A stretch of 64,000 nucleotides of DNA from NCBI GenBank assembly GCA_965223545.1, contig OZ245006.1, forward strand, positions 1,248,001 to 1,312,000, read 5' to 3'. The translations under genes were made by a program, and so were the position numbers. This document shows positions 1 through 9,680 of this stretch, one piece after another. The DNA is from Planctomycetota bacterium (GTDB taxonomy: Bacteria; Planctomycetota; UBA1135; UBA2386). The notes beneath the pieces were generated by a model. The model was given only the letters and a program-made list of their open reading frames with translations, ran no database searches and was not told where the DNA came from. Positions within the stretch are counted from its first letter, which is position 1, and each line of letters opens with the position of its first letter.

Positions 1-34
1 GCCGACCGACACGTCGATCCCGTCGCATAATTCG

Positions 35-934
35 ATGCCCCTACCTGGGCCGAGTTGCCCCCAACGACCGATGCACCGACCGCCGCCCGACGACGCGCAC
101 CCCCACCGCCTGGTCGCGCTGGACCGCGACCACCCCGGCTTTCGCGACGCGGCCTATCGCGCTCGCCGCGATGCCATCGCCGCGAGCGCGCTCGCCTACC
201 GCAGCGGGCCGGTACCGGCGGTGCCGTATACCGAGGCCGAGCACGGTGTCTGGCAACAGATCTGGCGCGCCCTCGATCCGCTCCATCAGAGTTGGGCTCC
301 GCGCGGCTTCTTGGTGCTGCACCGCCGGCTGGCGCTCTCTCGGGACCGCATCCCACAGCTGGAAGAGGTCAACCGGCGGTTGGTCGACGTCTGCGGCTTC
401 CGCATGCAGCCGGTGGCCGGTCTGATCGAGCCGCGCGCCTTCCTGTCCCGGCTGGCCGACGACCACTTCTTGGCGACCCAGTACATCCGCCACCACTCGA
501 CGCCGCTGTACACACCGGAACCCGACGTCGTGCACGAGCTCATCGGCCACGCGGCGAGCTTCACCCACCCGATGATCGTCGAGCTCAACCGGGCCTTCGG
601 CCGCGCCGCGCGCGTCGCGACGGACGCGGCGGTGCAACGCCTGGAGCGGGTCTACTGGTGGACCATGGAGTTCGGCGCGCTGCGCGAGAACGGCGCGCTG
701 AAGGCGTTCGGCGCCGGCCTGCTGTCGAGCTTCGGCGAGCTCGGCAGCTTCGCCGAGCGGGCGGCGCTGCGGCCGTTCGACGTCGATGCCATGGCGCGCA
801 CCGACTACGACCCCACCGACTACCAGCCGCAGATCTTCGTCGCCGACTCGTGGGAGGAGATGTACTACGAGTTGGCCGAGTGGCTCGGCGCGGCGACCAG
901 GGTCAGTCGAGGCGGCCCACCACACACCCCTTGA
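35..934 (+). CDS. phhA: Phenylalanine 4-monooxygenase (aromatic amino acid hydroxylase)
   Basis: Motifs TQYIRH, YTPEPDVVHELIGH, WWTMEFG, AFGAGLLSSFGE, YQPQIFV. The true start may be the ATG at 71. Overlaps the convergent gene by 32 bp. Confidence 0.93.
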   Translation: MPLPGPSCPQRPMHRPPPDDAHPHRLVALDRDHPGFRDAAYRARRDAIAASALAYRSGPVPAVPYTEAEHGVWQQIWRALDPLHQSWAPRGFLVLHRRLALSRDRIPQLEEVNRRLVDVCGFRMQPVAGLIEPRAFLSRLADDHFLATQYIRHHSTPLYTPEPDVVHELIGHAASFTHPMIVELNRAFGRAARVATDAAVQRLERVYWWTMEFGALRENGALKAFGAGLLSSFGELGSFAERAALRPFDVDAMARTDYDPTDYQPQIFVADSWEEMYYELAEWLGAATRVSRGGPPHTP

Positions 935-2084
935 GGTACTCGGACTCGCGGTGACCCAGCCACACGGGATGGTCGGCGCCGGCCGCCAACCGCTCGCGCA
1001 GCACCGCGCGCCACGGCAGGCCGCCCGCCGCCTGCCGGAGCACGTCCTCGAAGTCCGCGCGGCTCAGATGGTGGCTGCAGGAGAACGTCAGCAACAGGCC
1101 ACCCGGCGCCAGCAGCCGCAGCGCCTGCCGGTTGAGGTCGCGATAGCCGCGTTCGGCGCCGCCGCGCTCGCGCCGGCGTTTGGCGAACGCGGGTGGGTCG
1201 ACGACGATCAAATCGAAGTTCTCCTTGCGCCCGCGGAGCTCGCGCAGCGTGTCGAACGCGTTGGCCTCGGCGGTGGTCAGGCCTGCCAACCCGTTGCGCT
1301 CGGCATCCGACCGGGCCCGCGCCAGCGCGGCGGCCGACTGGTCGACGGCGAGAGCGGTGCGCGCACCGCCGGCCAGCGCGGCGAGTGAGAACGCCCCCTG
1401 ATAGGCAAACAGATCGAGCACCCGACGGTCCTGCGCCAACTCCGCGACCCGGCTCCGGGCGGGACGCTGATCGAGATAGAAGCCGGTCTTGTGGCCGCCC
1501 CAGGGATCGACCTGGTACTGCAGCGCACCTTCGCGGATCACCGCCTCTTCCCGACGCCGGCCACACAACAGCCGCACCTCGCGCGGCAGCCCCTCGCGGG
1601 CGCGGACCGCGGCATCGTTGCGCGCGATCACGCACGCGCAGCCGGTGACTTCCGCCAGCGCGCTGGCGATGCAGTCGAGCGCCGCCTCGACGACGGCGTG
1701 GGTCGACTGCAAGACGACGCATTCGCCGTACTCGTCGACCACCAAGCCGGGCAGGCCATCGGCTTCGCCGTGCACCAGCCGGACTCCCCGCTGCGGACCG
1801 CGCAAGCCGGAGCGGCGCGCCACCGCCGCGGCGATCCGCGCACCGAAGTGGGCCGCCGGACCCAACGCGTCATCGCCCGGCCCCGCCAGCCGCAGCCGCA
1901 TGTTCGAAGCCGCCGAGTACAGGCCGACGCCATAGCCCCGACCGGCGCCGTCGGTGACCCGGACCAGCGCCTGCGCCGGCGCCTCCACGCGGGCGAGGTC
2001 ATCGGCGAAGAACCACAACCGCCCGCGGCGCGCCAGCTCGCCGGCCCGCGGCGTCAACACGACGACCGGGTCGGGGGCGCTCAT
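903..2084 (-). CDS. rlmI: Class I SAM-dependent rRNA methyltransferase, RlmI-like (m5C1962)
   Basis: RLVHGEADGLPGLVVD, GHKTGFYLDQR, VLDLFAYQGAF, DLIVVDPPAFAK, TFSCSHH, DHP..ESEYLK. Confidence 0.85.
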   Translation of the reverse strand: MSAPDPVVVLTPRAGELARRGRLWFFADDLARVEAPAQALVRVTDGAGRGYGVGLYSAASNMRLRLAGPGDDALGPAAHFGARIAAAVARRSGLRGPQRGVRLVHGEADGLPGLVVDEYGECVVLQSTHAVVEAALDCIASALAEVTGCACVIARNDAAVRAREGLPREVRLLCGRRREEAVIREGALQYQVDPWGGHKTGFYLDQRPARSRVAELAQDRRVLDLFAYQGAFSLAALAGGARTALAVDQSAAALARARSDAERNGLAGLTTAEANAFDTLRELRGRKENFDLIVVDPPAFAKRRRERGGAERGYRDLNRQALRLLAPGGLLLTFSCSHHLSRADFEDVLRQAAGGLPWRAVLRERLAAGADHPVWLGHRESEYLKGCVVGRLD

Positions 2085-2836
2085 CGAGCGCGATGGGCGC
2101 GGACCACGCGGAACGCCTCACCGTAGCCGCGGCCCTTGTTGAAGAGCATCGAGCGGTGTGCGTTGAGGCCGAGGACCGGGTGGAGATAGTCGACGTAGGC
2201 CAGCTGGCTCTCGTACTCGCGCATCGCCGCGCGCTTCTCCTCGGCGACCGGCGTGATGTCGACGATGACGTCGGGGACCATCGCGTTCCAGATCTCGTAG
2301 CCGAACACCTGGCCACCGAACCCGATCCGAGCCAAGCCGCGCACCACCGAGCAGTAGAGCGCGCGGTGATCGGAGTTGCCCTCGCCCTCCCAGGGCGCGT
2401 AGACCACGGCCGGCTCGTAGGCACCGACGACCGCGGACACGCGCAGCGAGACCTGTTCGATGTCGTCGTCGGTGATCACGCAGCTGTCGGGGAAGCCCCA
2501 GAACTCGAAGTCGGTGACGTCGAGATGGGCCATGCCGGCGCGCGACTCGGAGCGCCGCCGATCGGTGTAGGTCGCGGCGTCATAGCGCCCGTCGGGATCG
2601 CCGGCGACGCCGTCGGTGGCGAGCACGATCCGCACCGGATCGCCCTGGCGGCGGTGCAGAAGCAGGGTGCCCCCGGGACCGGCGGCCTCGTCGTCCGGGT
2701 GCGGCGCAAAGCACAACACCCGCCCGCGGGGCGGCGCGGTGTAGATCTCCGGCAGCGGCAGCACGGAGTAGGAGTCGTCGTCGGGGAGAAGCACGGTCGT
2801 CGAGCGGCGGGGCGGCGGTGCGTCGGGCGCGCTCAC
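2081..2836 (-). CDS. PIG-L/LmbE family deacetylase
   Basis: FAPHPDDE motif, RRSE, SDH, YE.W, VDIT...K..AM..YESQ. GTG start at 2836 overlaps the upstream stop (GTGA). The ORF-track extension to 3922 is a shadow frame. Confidence 0.85.
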   Translation of the reverse strand: MSAPDAPPPRRSTTVLLPDDDSYSVLPLPEIYTAPPRGRVLCFAPHPDDEAAGPGGTLLLHRRQGDPVRIVLATDGVAGDPDGRYDAATYTDRRRSESRAGMAHLDVTDFEFWGFPDSCVITDDDIEQVSLRVSAVVGAYEPAVVYAPWEGEGNSDHRALYCSVVRGLARIGFGGQVFGYEIWNAMVPDVIVDITPVAEEKRAAMREYESQLAYVDYLHPVLGLNAHRSMLFNKGRGYGEAFRVVRAHRAR

Positions 2837-3864
2837 AGCAGATCGGAGTCGCCCATCGTCATGTACCACTCGTCGCGGTAGTAGATCGTGTCGTACTTGA
2901 AGCTCGCCAGGACCAAGAAATACGTCGTGCCCAGCACCATGAAGCCGATCCGCTGGAACACCAGGAAGCGCGGATCCACCTGGTTGAACAAGCCGGCCAA
3001 CACGTCGACCCCGTCGGCGCGACCGCGCGCCTCGAGCGCGCAGACCATCGACATGGTGGCGTCGGCGTCGTCGACCGGCGCCAGCCAATCGATCATGAAC
3101 CCCGTGTTGGGGACCAGGAAATCGGCGACCGTGTAGACGCAGACCCCGCGCAGCGCACCGTCCGCGTCGCGGCACTCGTACAGCGTGTAGTCGCGATCCG
3201 GACAGTCCGCGTAGCGCCAGTTGAGGTAACGCTGATCGCGGATCAGCGCCAGCCCGAAGGTGGGCCGCAGCGATTGCCAGAGCGCGTCGACATCGGCGCC
3301 GAAGCGGGCGACGGGCTCGGTGCGCAGCCCCGCGGGCCCGCTGCGCGGGCGGGTGGCGGAGAGCTCGCGAAAGACGAGGTCCCAGTTGCGGATGTTCCAA
3401 TAGCCGAGGTAGCGCTGGCCGGCGCGCCACGCCGGCACCGGCCAGCCGTAGGTGAACAGCACCTTGCCGTCGTCGGCGCCGCAGAACAGCTCGTGGAACT
3501 TCCAGCCCAGGTGGATGAACAGACCGGGGCGCGGGCCGTGCCGGCGCCAGCGCGGCAGAACCATCAAGTCCACGCCCTGCGCTGCCAGCTGCTCCCGCCC
3601 CTCGGACCAGATGCGCACCGGGATCCCGGCGTAGGCACCGATCACCCCCTCGGTCGCGTGCTCGGCCACGACGTGCTGGATGCGGCCGGTCGGATTGTCC
3701 TGGAACTTCCAGCGCCAATGCGCGAGCGAGCGCGGCCCGATGCCGGCATCGGGATCGGGGAAGATCCGGTTGTAGCACTCCAGCACCGGCTGCTCGTCGC
3801 CGGGCCGGTAAGCGCGCAGCACGACGGGGTCGGGTGCCGCCTCGCCGGCCGCCCCCTCGCTCAT
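2833..3864 (-). CDS. GNAT family N-acetyltransferase (tandem GNAT type)
   Basis: LRAYRPGDE, W.WKFQDNP.G, QGVDLMVLPRWRRHG, TYGWP, IRDQRYLNWRY, C-terminal WYMTMGDSD. Confidence 0.8.
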   Translation of the reverse strand: MSEGAAGEAAPDPVVLRAYRPGDEQPVLECYNRIFPDPDAGIGPRSLAHWRWKFQDNPTGRIQHVVAEHATEGVIGAYAGIPVRIWSEGREQLAAQGVDLMVLPRWRRHGPRPGLFIHLGWKFHELFCGADDGKVLFTYGWPVPAWRAGQRYLGYWNIRNWDLVFRELSATRPRSGPAGLRTEPVARFGADVDALWQSLRPTFGLALIRDQRYLNWRYADCPDRDYTLYECRDADGALRGVCVYTVADFLVPNTGFMIDWLAPVDDADATMSMVCALEARGRADGVDVLAGLFNQVDPRFLVFQRIGFMVLGTTYFLVLASFKYDTIYYRDEWYMTMGDSDLL

Positions 3865-3958
3865 CGTGCCCCCCGCGAGTCACCGCACCGAAGTCCCTGC
3901 GGCAGCACGCCTTTGGAAACACCGTCGCGACGCGAAGGGCCGCGGTTGCGGACGCTCC

Positions 3959-4444
3959 TCAAGGCGCGATCTCGAGCGGCGGCAGCTGCTCGCCGCGGTG
4001 GACGACCCGGGCCAGTGGCACGAACCCCGGCACGCTTCGATCAGTGCTCTCGAAGCCCGCGTCGTCGAAGAAGGCCAGGGCGACGCGGTTGCTCGGTTGC
4101 ACGAGGGCATCGAGCCGGCGCAGACCACGGCGCCGCGCTTCGGCGAGTGCCCGCTCCAACAGCAGCCGGCCGTAGCCGCGCCGGCGGCGATCGGGTGCCA
4201 CCACCAGGGTCACCTCGGCGGTGCGGTCGGGCGCCACATCCAACCGGAAAAAACCGGTGCACCGCCCGTCGGCGGCCTCGCCCACGACACACACGATGCG
4301 GGGATCCTCGCTGAGCCGACGCTCCCAGGCGGCCCCGTCCGCGTCCGCCGGCGGACCCAGCCCGGCGGCGCGCAACCACGGCGCGATCGTCGGCAGATCG
4401 CGAGGCACGGCGGCGCGAAACTCGAGGGCGACGGAGGGCGGCAT
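3959..4444 (-). CDS. GNAT family N-acetyltransferase
   Basis: LVVAPDRRRRGYGRLLL acetyl-CoA motif, N..ALAFF...GF. Start chosen at ATG 4444. Confidence 0.85.
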   Translation of the reverse strand: MPPSVALEFRAAVPRDLPTIAPWLRAAGLGPPADADGAAWERRLSEDPRIVCVVGEAADGRCTGFFRLDVAPDRTAEVTLVVAPDRRRRGYGRLLLERALAEARRRGLRRLDALVQPSNRVALAFFDDAGFESTDRSVPGFVPLARVVHRGEQLPPLEIAP

Positions 4445-4494
4445 GGGCGCGCGGATCTTACCCAAGCCACCGAGGGGTTCCTCAAGTGGAATCC

Positions 4495-4522
4495 TTGACC
4501 TGCCTTGCCGCCGAGCTACGAT
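4495..4522 (+). promoter_or_regulatory. Candidate sigma70 promoter of the nusA operon
   Basis: TTGACC (4495-4500), 16-nt spacer, TACGAT (4517-4522), upstream of the leader hairpin. Confidence 0.55.
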
Positions 4523-4554
4523 GCTGTCGCACAATCTCTTCCTGTGATCCAAAT

Positions 4555-4577
4555 GGAGCGGGGTTCCCGCTCCTTTT
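4555..4577 (+). promoter_or_regulatory. rimP-leader-like attenuator hairpin upstream of nusA-infB
   Basis: GGAGCGGG-gtt-CCCGCTCC-TTTT; matches the GGG/CCC terminator-like hairpin known upstream of rimP-nusA-infB operons. Confidence 0.65.
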
Positions 4578-4775
4578 CGTTTGGTCGCAGAGCGGGGAGC
4601 GTCTGTCCGGAGCGACAGCCCCGAGCGACCCGTCGCGCGACGCCTCCCGCCAACCCAAAGCCCCCGATTCGCCCCCTTCACCACCACCGACTTCCAGCGC
4701 ACTGACCTCAGCTGCCGCGGCCCCGGCCGCGAGCCTCTCAGCTCCAAAGACCCCTTCGCCCCTCCAACTGCATCG

Positions 4776-5972
4776 ATGGCCTCCGCCGACATCGTCCGTT
4801 ACATCGACACGATCGCCCGTGACAAGGAGATCGACAAGGAGGAGCTGTACGCGTCGGTCGAGCTCGCGCTGGCCCAGGCTCTGGCCAAGAAGTACGGCAT
4901 CGATGACCTCGAGGTGCGGATCGACCGCGAGTCGGGGCAGTTCGACTGCAACTACGAGGTCGACCTCGAGAACGAGGGGCGCATCCTCGCCCAGTCGGTC
5001 AAGCAAGCGATCATCTCGCGCGTGCGCGAGGCCGAGCGCGACGTGCTCTACGAGGAGTTCGAACGGCGCATCGGCGACATCGTCACCGGCACCGTGCAGC
5101 GCTTCGAGGGCGACGCCGTCATCATCAACCTCGGCCGCAACATGGAGGGCATCCTGCCCCGCACCGAGAAGGTGCGCGGCGAGAGCTACAACATCGGCGA
5201 CCGCATCCGGTCGATGGTCTACGAGGTCAAGAAGGCCGGGCCCCGCGTCAAGATCATCCTGTCGCGCGCCCACAAGGACCTGGTGCGGGCACTCTTCGAG
5301 CTGGAGGTGCCGGAGATTGCCGAGGGCATCATCGAGATCCGGCGGATCGAACGGGAGCCGGGCTACCGCACCAAGCTGGCGGTGCACTCGAGCGACGACA
5401 AGGTCGACTGCGTCGGTGCGTGCGTGGGCGTACGCGGCACGCGCATCAAGTCGATCATCGACGAGCTGAACGGCGAGCGCATCGACATCATCCGCTGGAA
5501 CCAGGATCCGGAGATCCTGATCGCCAACGCGCTGAAGCCGGCCGAGGTCTCGCACATCCAGCTCAGCGACAACATCCGCGAAGCAGTGGTGCTCGTCGAC
5601 GAGGACCAGCTGTCGCTCGCAATCGGCCGCAAGGGACAGAACGTGCGACTCGCCAGCCGGCTGACCGGCTGGGAGATCGACATCATGACCCGCACGGAAC
5701 TCGAGAAGAAGATCGCCGAAGAGGACGCCGAAGAGGCCGCTGTCGCGGAAGGCACCGAAGGCGAAGCGGCGGAGGCGGCACCGACGGAAGAGCCGTCGGC
5801 GGACGGCGCTGTATCGGAGCAACCCTCGAACGGCGCGGGCGCGGAAGCGACCGCCGAGCGCGCGGGGCCAGAGGAACCGGCAAATGGAGACCCGGCCGCC
5901 GTGAACCCGGCGCCTTCCAATGCGCCGGAACCGGGAGCCGACGACGGGTCGCGGCGGGAGCCCGAGGCGTAA
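4776..5972 (+). CDS. nusA: Transcription termination/antitermination factor NusA
   Basis: GRILAQSVKQAIISRVREAER, LFELEVPEI, REPGYRTK, GACVGVRG, ELNGERIDII, QLSLAIGRKGQNVRLASRLTGWEIDI; acidic C-terminal tail. Confidence 0.97.
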   Translation: MASADIVRYIDTIARDKEIDKEELYASVELALAQALAKKYGIDDLEVRIDRESGQFDCNYEVDLENEGRILAQSVKQAIISRVREAERDVLYEEFERRIGDIVTGTVQRFEGDAVIINLGRNMEGILPRTEKVRGESYNIGDRIRSMVYEVKKAGPRVKIILSRAHKDLVRALFELEVPEIAEGIIEIRRIEREPGYRTKLAVHSSDDKVDCVGACVGVRGTRIKSIIDELNGERIDIIRWNQDPEILIANALKPAEVSHIQLSDNIREAVVLVDEDQLSLAIGRKGQNVRLASRLTGWEIDIMTRTELEKKIAEEDAEEAAVAEGTEGEAAEAAPTEEPSADGAVSEQPSNGAGAEATAERAGPEEPANGDPAAVNPAPSNAPEPGADDGSRREPEA

Positions 5973-5999
5973 ACGGCAATCGCGGTAGCAGGAGCAAGC

Positions 6000-8801
6000 T
6001 TGACCAAGGTACGCGTCTACGAACTGGCCAAGGAATACGGCATGAAGGGGCCCGAGCTAGCGGACCTCCTTCGCGAGCTGGGCTTTGACCAGATCAAGTC
6101 TCACATGGCCGTCCTGGACGGGCCCGACCAAATGATGGTCGTGGCTCGGCTCGAGGCGCAGGGACTGACACGCTCTGCCGAGGGCGACGGCACCGCGACA
6201 TCTGCCGAGCCGAAGAAGAAGTCGCTGCCCAAGCGGAAGGCGCTGCCCGGCACGAAGAAGTCGTTGCCGCCGCCGGTGGCGAAGGAGCCGCCGCGCAAGA
6301 AGCTGCAGACCAGCGAAGAACCGCCGGCGCTACCCCCCGAGCCGGAGCCCGCCGCTGCGACGGCCGAGCCGGCGCCCGCCACCGACACCGGGACGAAGCC
6401 AGCCGCGCCCGAACCGCCGGCGCCAGAGCCCGCCGCCCAGCCAGCTGCTTCCGCGGCCGAGACACCCGAGCCAGCCCCCGCCACCCCGGAGGTCGCCGAG
6501 CCGGCCGCGCCCGCCGCATCCGCTGGGGTCGAAGCACCCGCCGCCGCCGCGCGCGAGGCTGCTGCGCCCGAGCCTCCTGCACTGGAAGCGGGGACAATGG
6601 AGGCCGGCGCGACCGCCGCCGAACTCGAGACACCGCCCGCCGCCGAGCCCACCACGAGCGCACCTGCCGCGGCCGCGCCGCCGCCCGCCGAGACCGCGGA
6701 GGCCCCCGCGCAGGAGGCCGCCGCCGGAGCCGACAACCCTCAGGTCAAGCGACTGCTCGTGCCGCAGAAGAAGGCTCAGGTCGTGGGCCGCATCGAGCTG
6801 CCGCAAGAGACTATCCGCGACGCCACGCGCCGCTCGGCCCCGATCAGCGAGCGCGACCAGGCCGCGCGCCGTCTGCGCCGGCAGGCGCTGCAAAGCACTC
6901 AGAGCCGGACCGCCGCCCCGCGGGGCGGCGTCCGCCGCGGGCCGGGTGGGCCGGGACGGGGCCGCACACGCGACGGCAGCCGCGGCCGCAAGCAGAAGTC
7001 CAACGTCATCCAACCGGCGATCGACCCGAACAAGGTCGTCGAGATCGAACCGCCGATCTCGGTGAAGAACCTGTCCGAGGCCCTCGGCATCAAGGTGCCG
7101 CAGCTGCTCGCCACACTCGCGTTCAAGCTCGACATCCAAGGCAAGACGATCAACTCGTTCTTGAGCCCCGACGAAGTCGAGCTCGTGGCCCTCGAGCTCG
7201 AGCGCAAGATCAAGATCGTCGAGCAGCGTGAGGCCGAGGAGGAGCTGATCCAGACGATCGTCGACGAGGCCAAGGAAGAAGACGAGTACGAGCGCGCCCC
7301 CGTGCTCACCTTCATGGGTCACGTCGATCACGGCAAGACCACCCTGCTCGACGCTCTGCGTTCGAGCGATGTGACCAAGGGCGAGGCCGGCGGCATCACC
7401 CAGCACATCGGCGCCTACAAAATCCGGCACAGCTCCGGGGCTCGCTTCGTCGTCCTCGACACGCCCGGCCACGCCGCGTTCACGTCGATGCGCGCGCGCG
7501 GTGCCAGCCTGACCGACATCGTCGTCCTCGTGGTCGCCGCCGACGACGGCGTCATGCCGCAGACGGAAGAGGCGATCTCGCACGCGTTGGCAGCCAAGGT
7601 GCCGATCGTCGTTGCGGTGAACAAGTGCGACCGCCCGGGCGCCAACCCGATGCAGGTGCGCCAGCAGCTGTCGGTCAAGGGGCTGCAGCCCGAGGAATGG
7701 GGCGGCAACGTGCAGATGGTCGACGTGTCGGCGACAACCGGCCAGGGCCTCGACGATCTGATCGAGAAGATCCAGCTCGAATCCGAGCTGCTCGAGCTCC
7801 GCGCCCGGCCGTCGGCAGCCGGTGTCGCCGTCGTCGTCGAGTCCAAGCAGACCCCCGAGCAAGGCGTGGTGGTCAACGTGCTGGTCACCAACGGCACGCT
7901 CCGCGTCAAGGACCGCGTACTCTGCGGCGAGAGCTTGTCTCGCGTGCGCAGCATGACGGACGACCACGGCGAGCAGGTCAACGAGGCTGGCCCGTCGACG
8001 CCGGTGATGATCATGGGAATCGACGAGCTGCCGCAGCCCGGCGATCACCTGTACGTCATCAACGACGTCAAGAAGGCCAAGGAAGTCGCCGAGGACCGGC
8101 AACGGCGCGCCCGCGACATGTCGCTCGCCGAGCGCTCGACCGTCACGCTGGAGAACCTGTCCGCGCACCTCGCGGCAGCCGCCGCCGAGGAGATCAAGGT
8201 CATCCTCAAGGCAGACGTGATGGGCTCGCTGGAACCGATCAAGCGGGTGCTCGCCGAGCTCAACACCGACGAAGTCCGCATCAACATCATCCACGCAGCG
8301 CTCGGCGGGATCAGCGAAACCGACGTCTCCCTGGCCGAGGCGTCCGGTGCTCTGATCGTCGGCTTCAACTCGGTCGCGGATTCGGGCGCCCGCCAGGCGG
8401 CGGATCGCGCCGGGGTGCAGATCAAGTTCTACGACGTGATCTACAACCTCATCGACGACATGAAGGCGGCGATGGAGGGCATGCTGGCGCCCGAAGAGGT
8501 CGAGAAGATCATGGGCCACACCGAAGTGCGCGCGCTCTTCAAGTCGAGCAAGGTCGGCACCATCGCAGGCTGCTACGTGCTCGACGGGACCATCGCCCGC
8601 AACCACAAGGCCCGGCTGTCGCGCGACGGCAAGGTGGTCTATCGCGGCCCGATCACCGGCCTGCGGCGGCACAAGGACGAGGCCAAGGAAGTGCGCGCGG
8701 GGTTCGAGTGCGGCGTCACGTTCGACGGCTTCAACGACATCAAGGTCGGCGACCAGATCGAGACCTACGTCATCGAGTTCGTCAAGCGCACTCTGGAGTG
8801 A
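6000..8801 (+). CDS. infB: Translation initiation factor IF-2
   Basis: KVRVYELAKE N-terminus, MGHVDHGKTTLLD, GGITQHIGAY, DTPGHAAF, NKCD, KADVMGSLE, AGFECG. TTG start with AGGAG upstream. Confidence 0.97.
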   Translation: MTKVRVYELAKEYGMKGPELADLLRELGFDQIKSHMAVLDGPDQMMVVARLEAQGLTRSAEGDGTATSAEPKKKSLPKRKALPGTKKSLPPPVAKEPPRKKLQTSEEPPALPPEPEPAAATAEPAPATDTGTKPAAPEPPAPEPAAQPAASAAETPEPAPATPEVAEPAAPAASAGVEAPAAAAREAAAPEPPALEAGTMEAGATAAELETPPAAEPTTSAPAAAAPPPAETAEAPAQEAAAGADNPQVKRLLVPQKKAQVVGRIELPQETIRDATRRSAPISERDQAARRLRRQALQSTQSRTAAPRGGVRRGPGGPGRGRTRDGSRGRKQKSNVIQPAIDPNKVVEIEPPISVKNLSEALGIKVPQLLATLAFKLDIQGKTINSFLSPDEVELVALELERKIKIVEQREAEEELIQTIVDEAKEEDEYERAPVLTFMGHVDHGKTTLLDALRSSDVTKGEAGGITQHIGAYKIRHSSGARFVVLDTPGHAAFTSMRARGASLTDIVVLVVAADDGVMPQTEEAISHALAAKVPIVVAVNKCDRPGANPMQVRQQLSVKGLQPEEWGGNVQMVDVSATTGQGLDDLIEKIQLESELLELRARPSAAGVAVVVESKQTPEQGVVVNVLVTNGTLRVKDRVLCGESLSRVRSMTDDHGEQVNEAGPSTPVMIMGIDELPQPGDHLYVINDVKKAKEVAEDRQRRARDMSLAERSTVTLENLSAHLAAAAAEEIKVILKADVMGSLEPIKRVLAELNTDEVRINIIHAALGGISETDVSLAEASGALIVGFNSVADSGARQAADRAGVQIKFYDVIYNLIDDMKAAMEGMLAPEEVEKIMGHTEVRALFKSSKVGTIAGCYVLDGTIARNHKARLSRDGKVVYRGPITGLRRHKDEAKEVRAGFECGVTFDGFNDIKVGDQIETYVIEFVKRTLE

Positions 8802-8863
8802 GACAGTCCCTCGGTGCTGCCGCGCACCGGGAGGGGACTGGACCGTGACCGAGGATCCCCGGC

Positions 8864-9157
8864 ATGATGCACATTGGCGTGCTGCAATTCTCGATGGAGA
8901 TCCCCCACTCGACGTCGCTCAAGGACAAGCGCCGGGTCATCAACCGGCTGCGCGACTCGTTGCGGCGCAAATTCAACATCTCGATCGCGGAGATCGACGA
9001 CCTCGACGATCGCTGCACCGCCACGCTCGGGGTAGCGATGGCCGGCAGCGATGTCCCCTACGTCAACGGAGCCCTCGACAAGCTGGTCGCTGTGTTGAGC
9101 GAGGACCGGGACGCCGTGCTCGGTGAGCACCAGCTCGAGATCTTCAGCCCGCAGTGA
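8864..9157 (+). CDS. DUF503 (YlxP-like) protein
   Basis: SLKDKRRVI...LRRKFNISIAEIDD.D; typical position between infB and rbfA. Confidence 0.88.
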   Translation: MMHIGVLQFSMEIPHSTSLKDKRRVINRLRDSLRRKFNISIAEIDDLDDRCTATLGVAMAGSDVPYVNGALDKLVAVLSEDRDAVLGEHQLEIFSPQ

Positions 9158-9185
9158 TGCGTCTGCCCGGTGTGAGGCTGCCCCG

Positions 9186-9596
9186 ATGAACGAACGGCGA
9201 ATCAAGCGGCTCGAAGCGCAGATCAAGGAGCGCGCGGCCGAGATCGTGTCGCGCGAGCTCGCCGACCCGCGGCGCGGGCTGATCACCATCACTCGCGTCG
9301 AGCTCGACCGCGAGATGGAGCACTGCAAGATCTTCTGGAGCGTGCTCGGCGGTGACCGGGAGCGCGCGCTCAACGAGAAGATGCTCGAGCACGCGACCTC
9401 GTTCCTCCGGCGGGGCATCGCCCAGGTGCTGCACACGCGCACGGCACCGCGCGTGCGCTTCGTCTTCGACGAGAGCATCGAGGGGGCGATCCGCGTCCAG
9501 GGCCTGCTCGATCGGCTGCGCACCGAGCGCGAGGCGCGGGAGACCACCGCCCCCGCCGGCGACGACGCCACCGGGGAAGCTGCCGCGGACGAGTAG
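9186..9596 (+). CDS. rbfA: 30S ribosome-binding factor A
   Basis: RRIKRLEAQIKE, LADPRRGLITITRVEL, RTAPRVRFVFDESIE; synteny with infB. Confidence 0.93.
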   Translation: MNERRIKRLEAQIKERAAEIVSRELADPRRGLITITRVELDREMEHCKIFWSVLGGDRERALNEKMLEHATSFLRRGIAQVLHTRTAPRVRFVFDESIEGAIRVQGLLDRLRTEREARETTAPAGDDATGEAAADE

Positions 9597-9680
9597 AGGG
9601 CCGGCGATTCTACCGATTCGGGAGCAGTGGCCAGCGCCAGCCGTAGCGCCCCGATCTCCCGTCTACCGTCTCGAGCCACC

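Noticed and set aside
2837..3922. N-terminal extension of the 613-aa ORF 2081..3922
   Set aside because: Arg-rich shadow frame over the GNAT gene; the deacetylase starts at GTG 2836.
6330..6730. Repetitive GCC/CCG-rich stretch in infB
   Set aside because: Encodes the usual Pro/Ala/Glu low-complexity IF-2 linker; not a repeat array.
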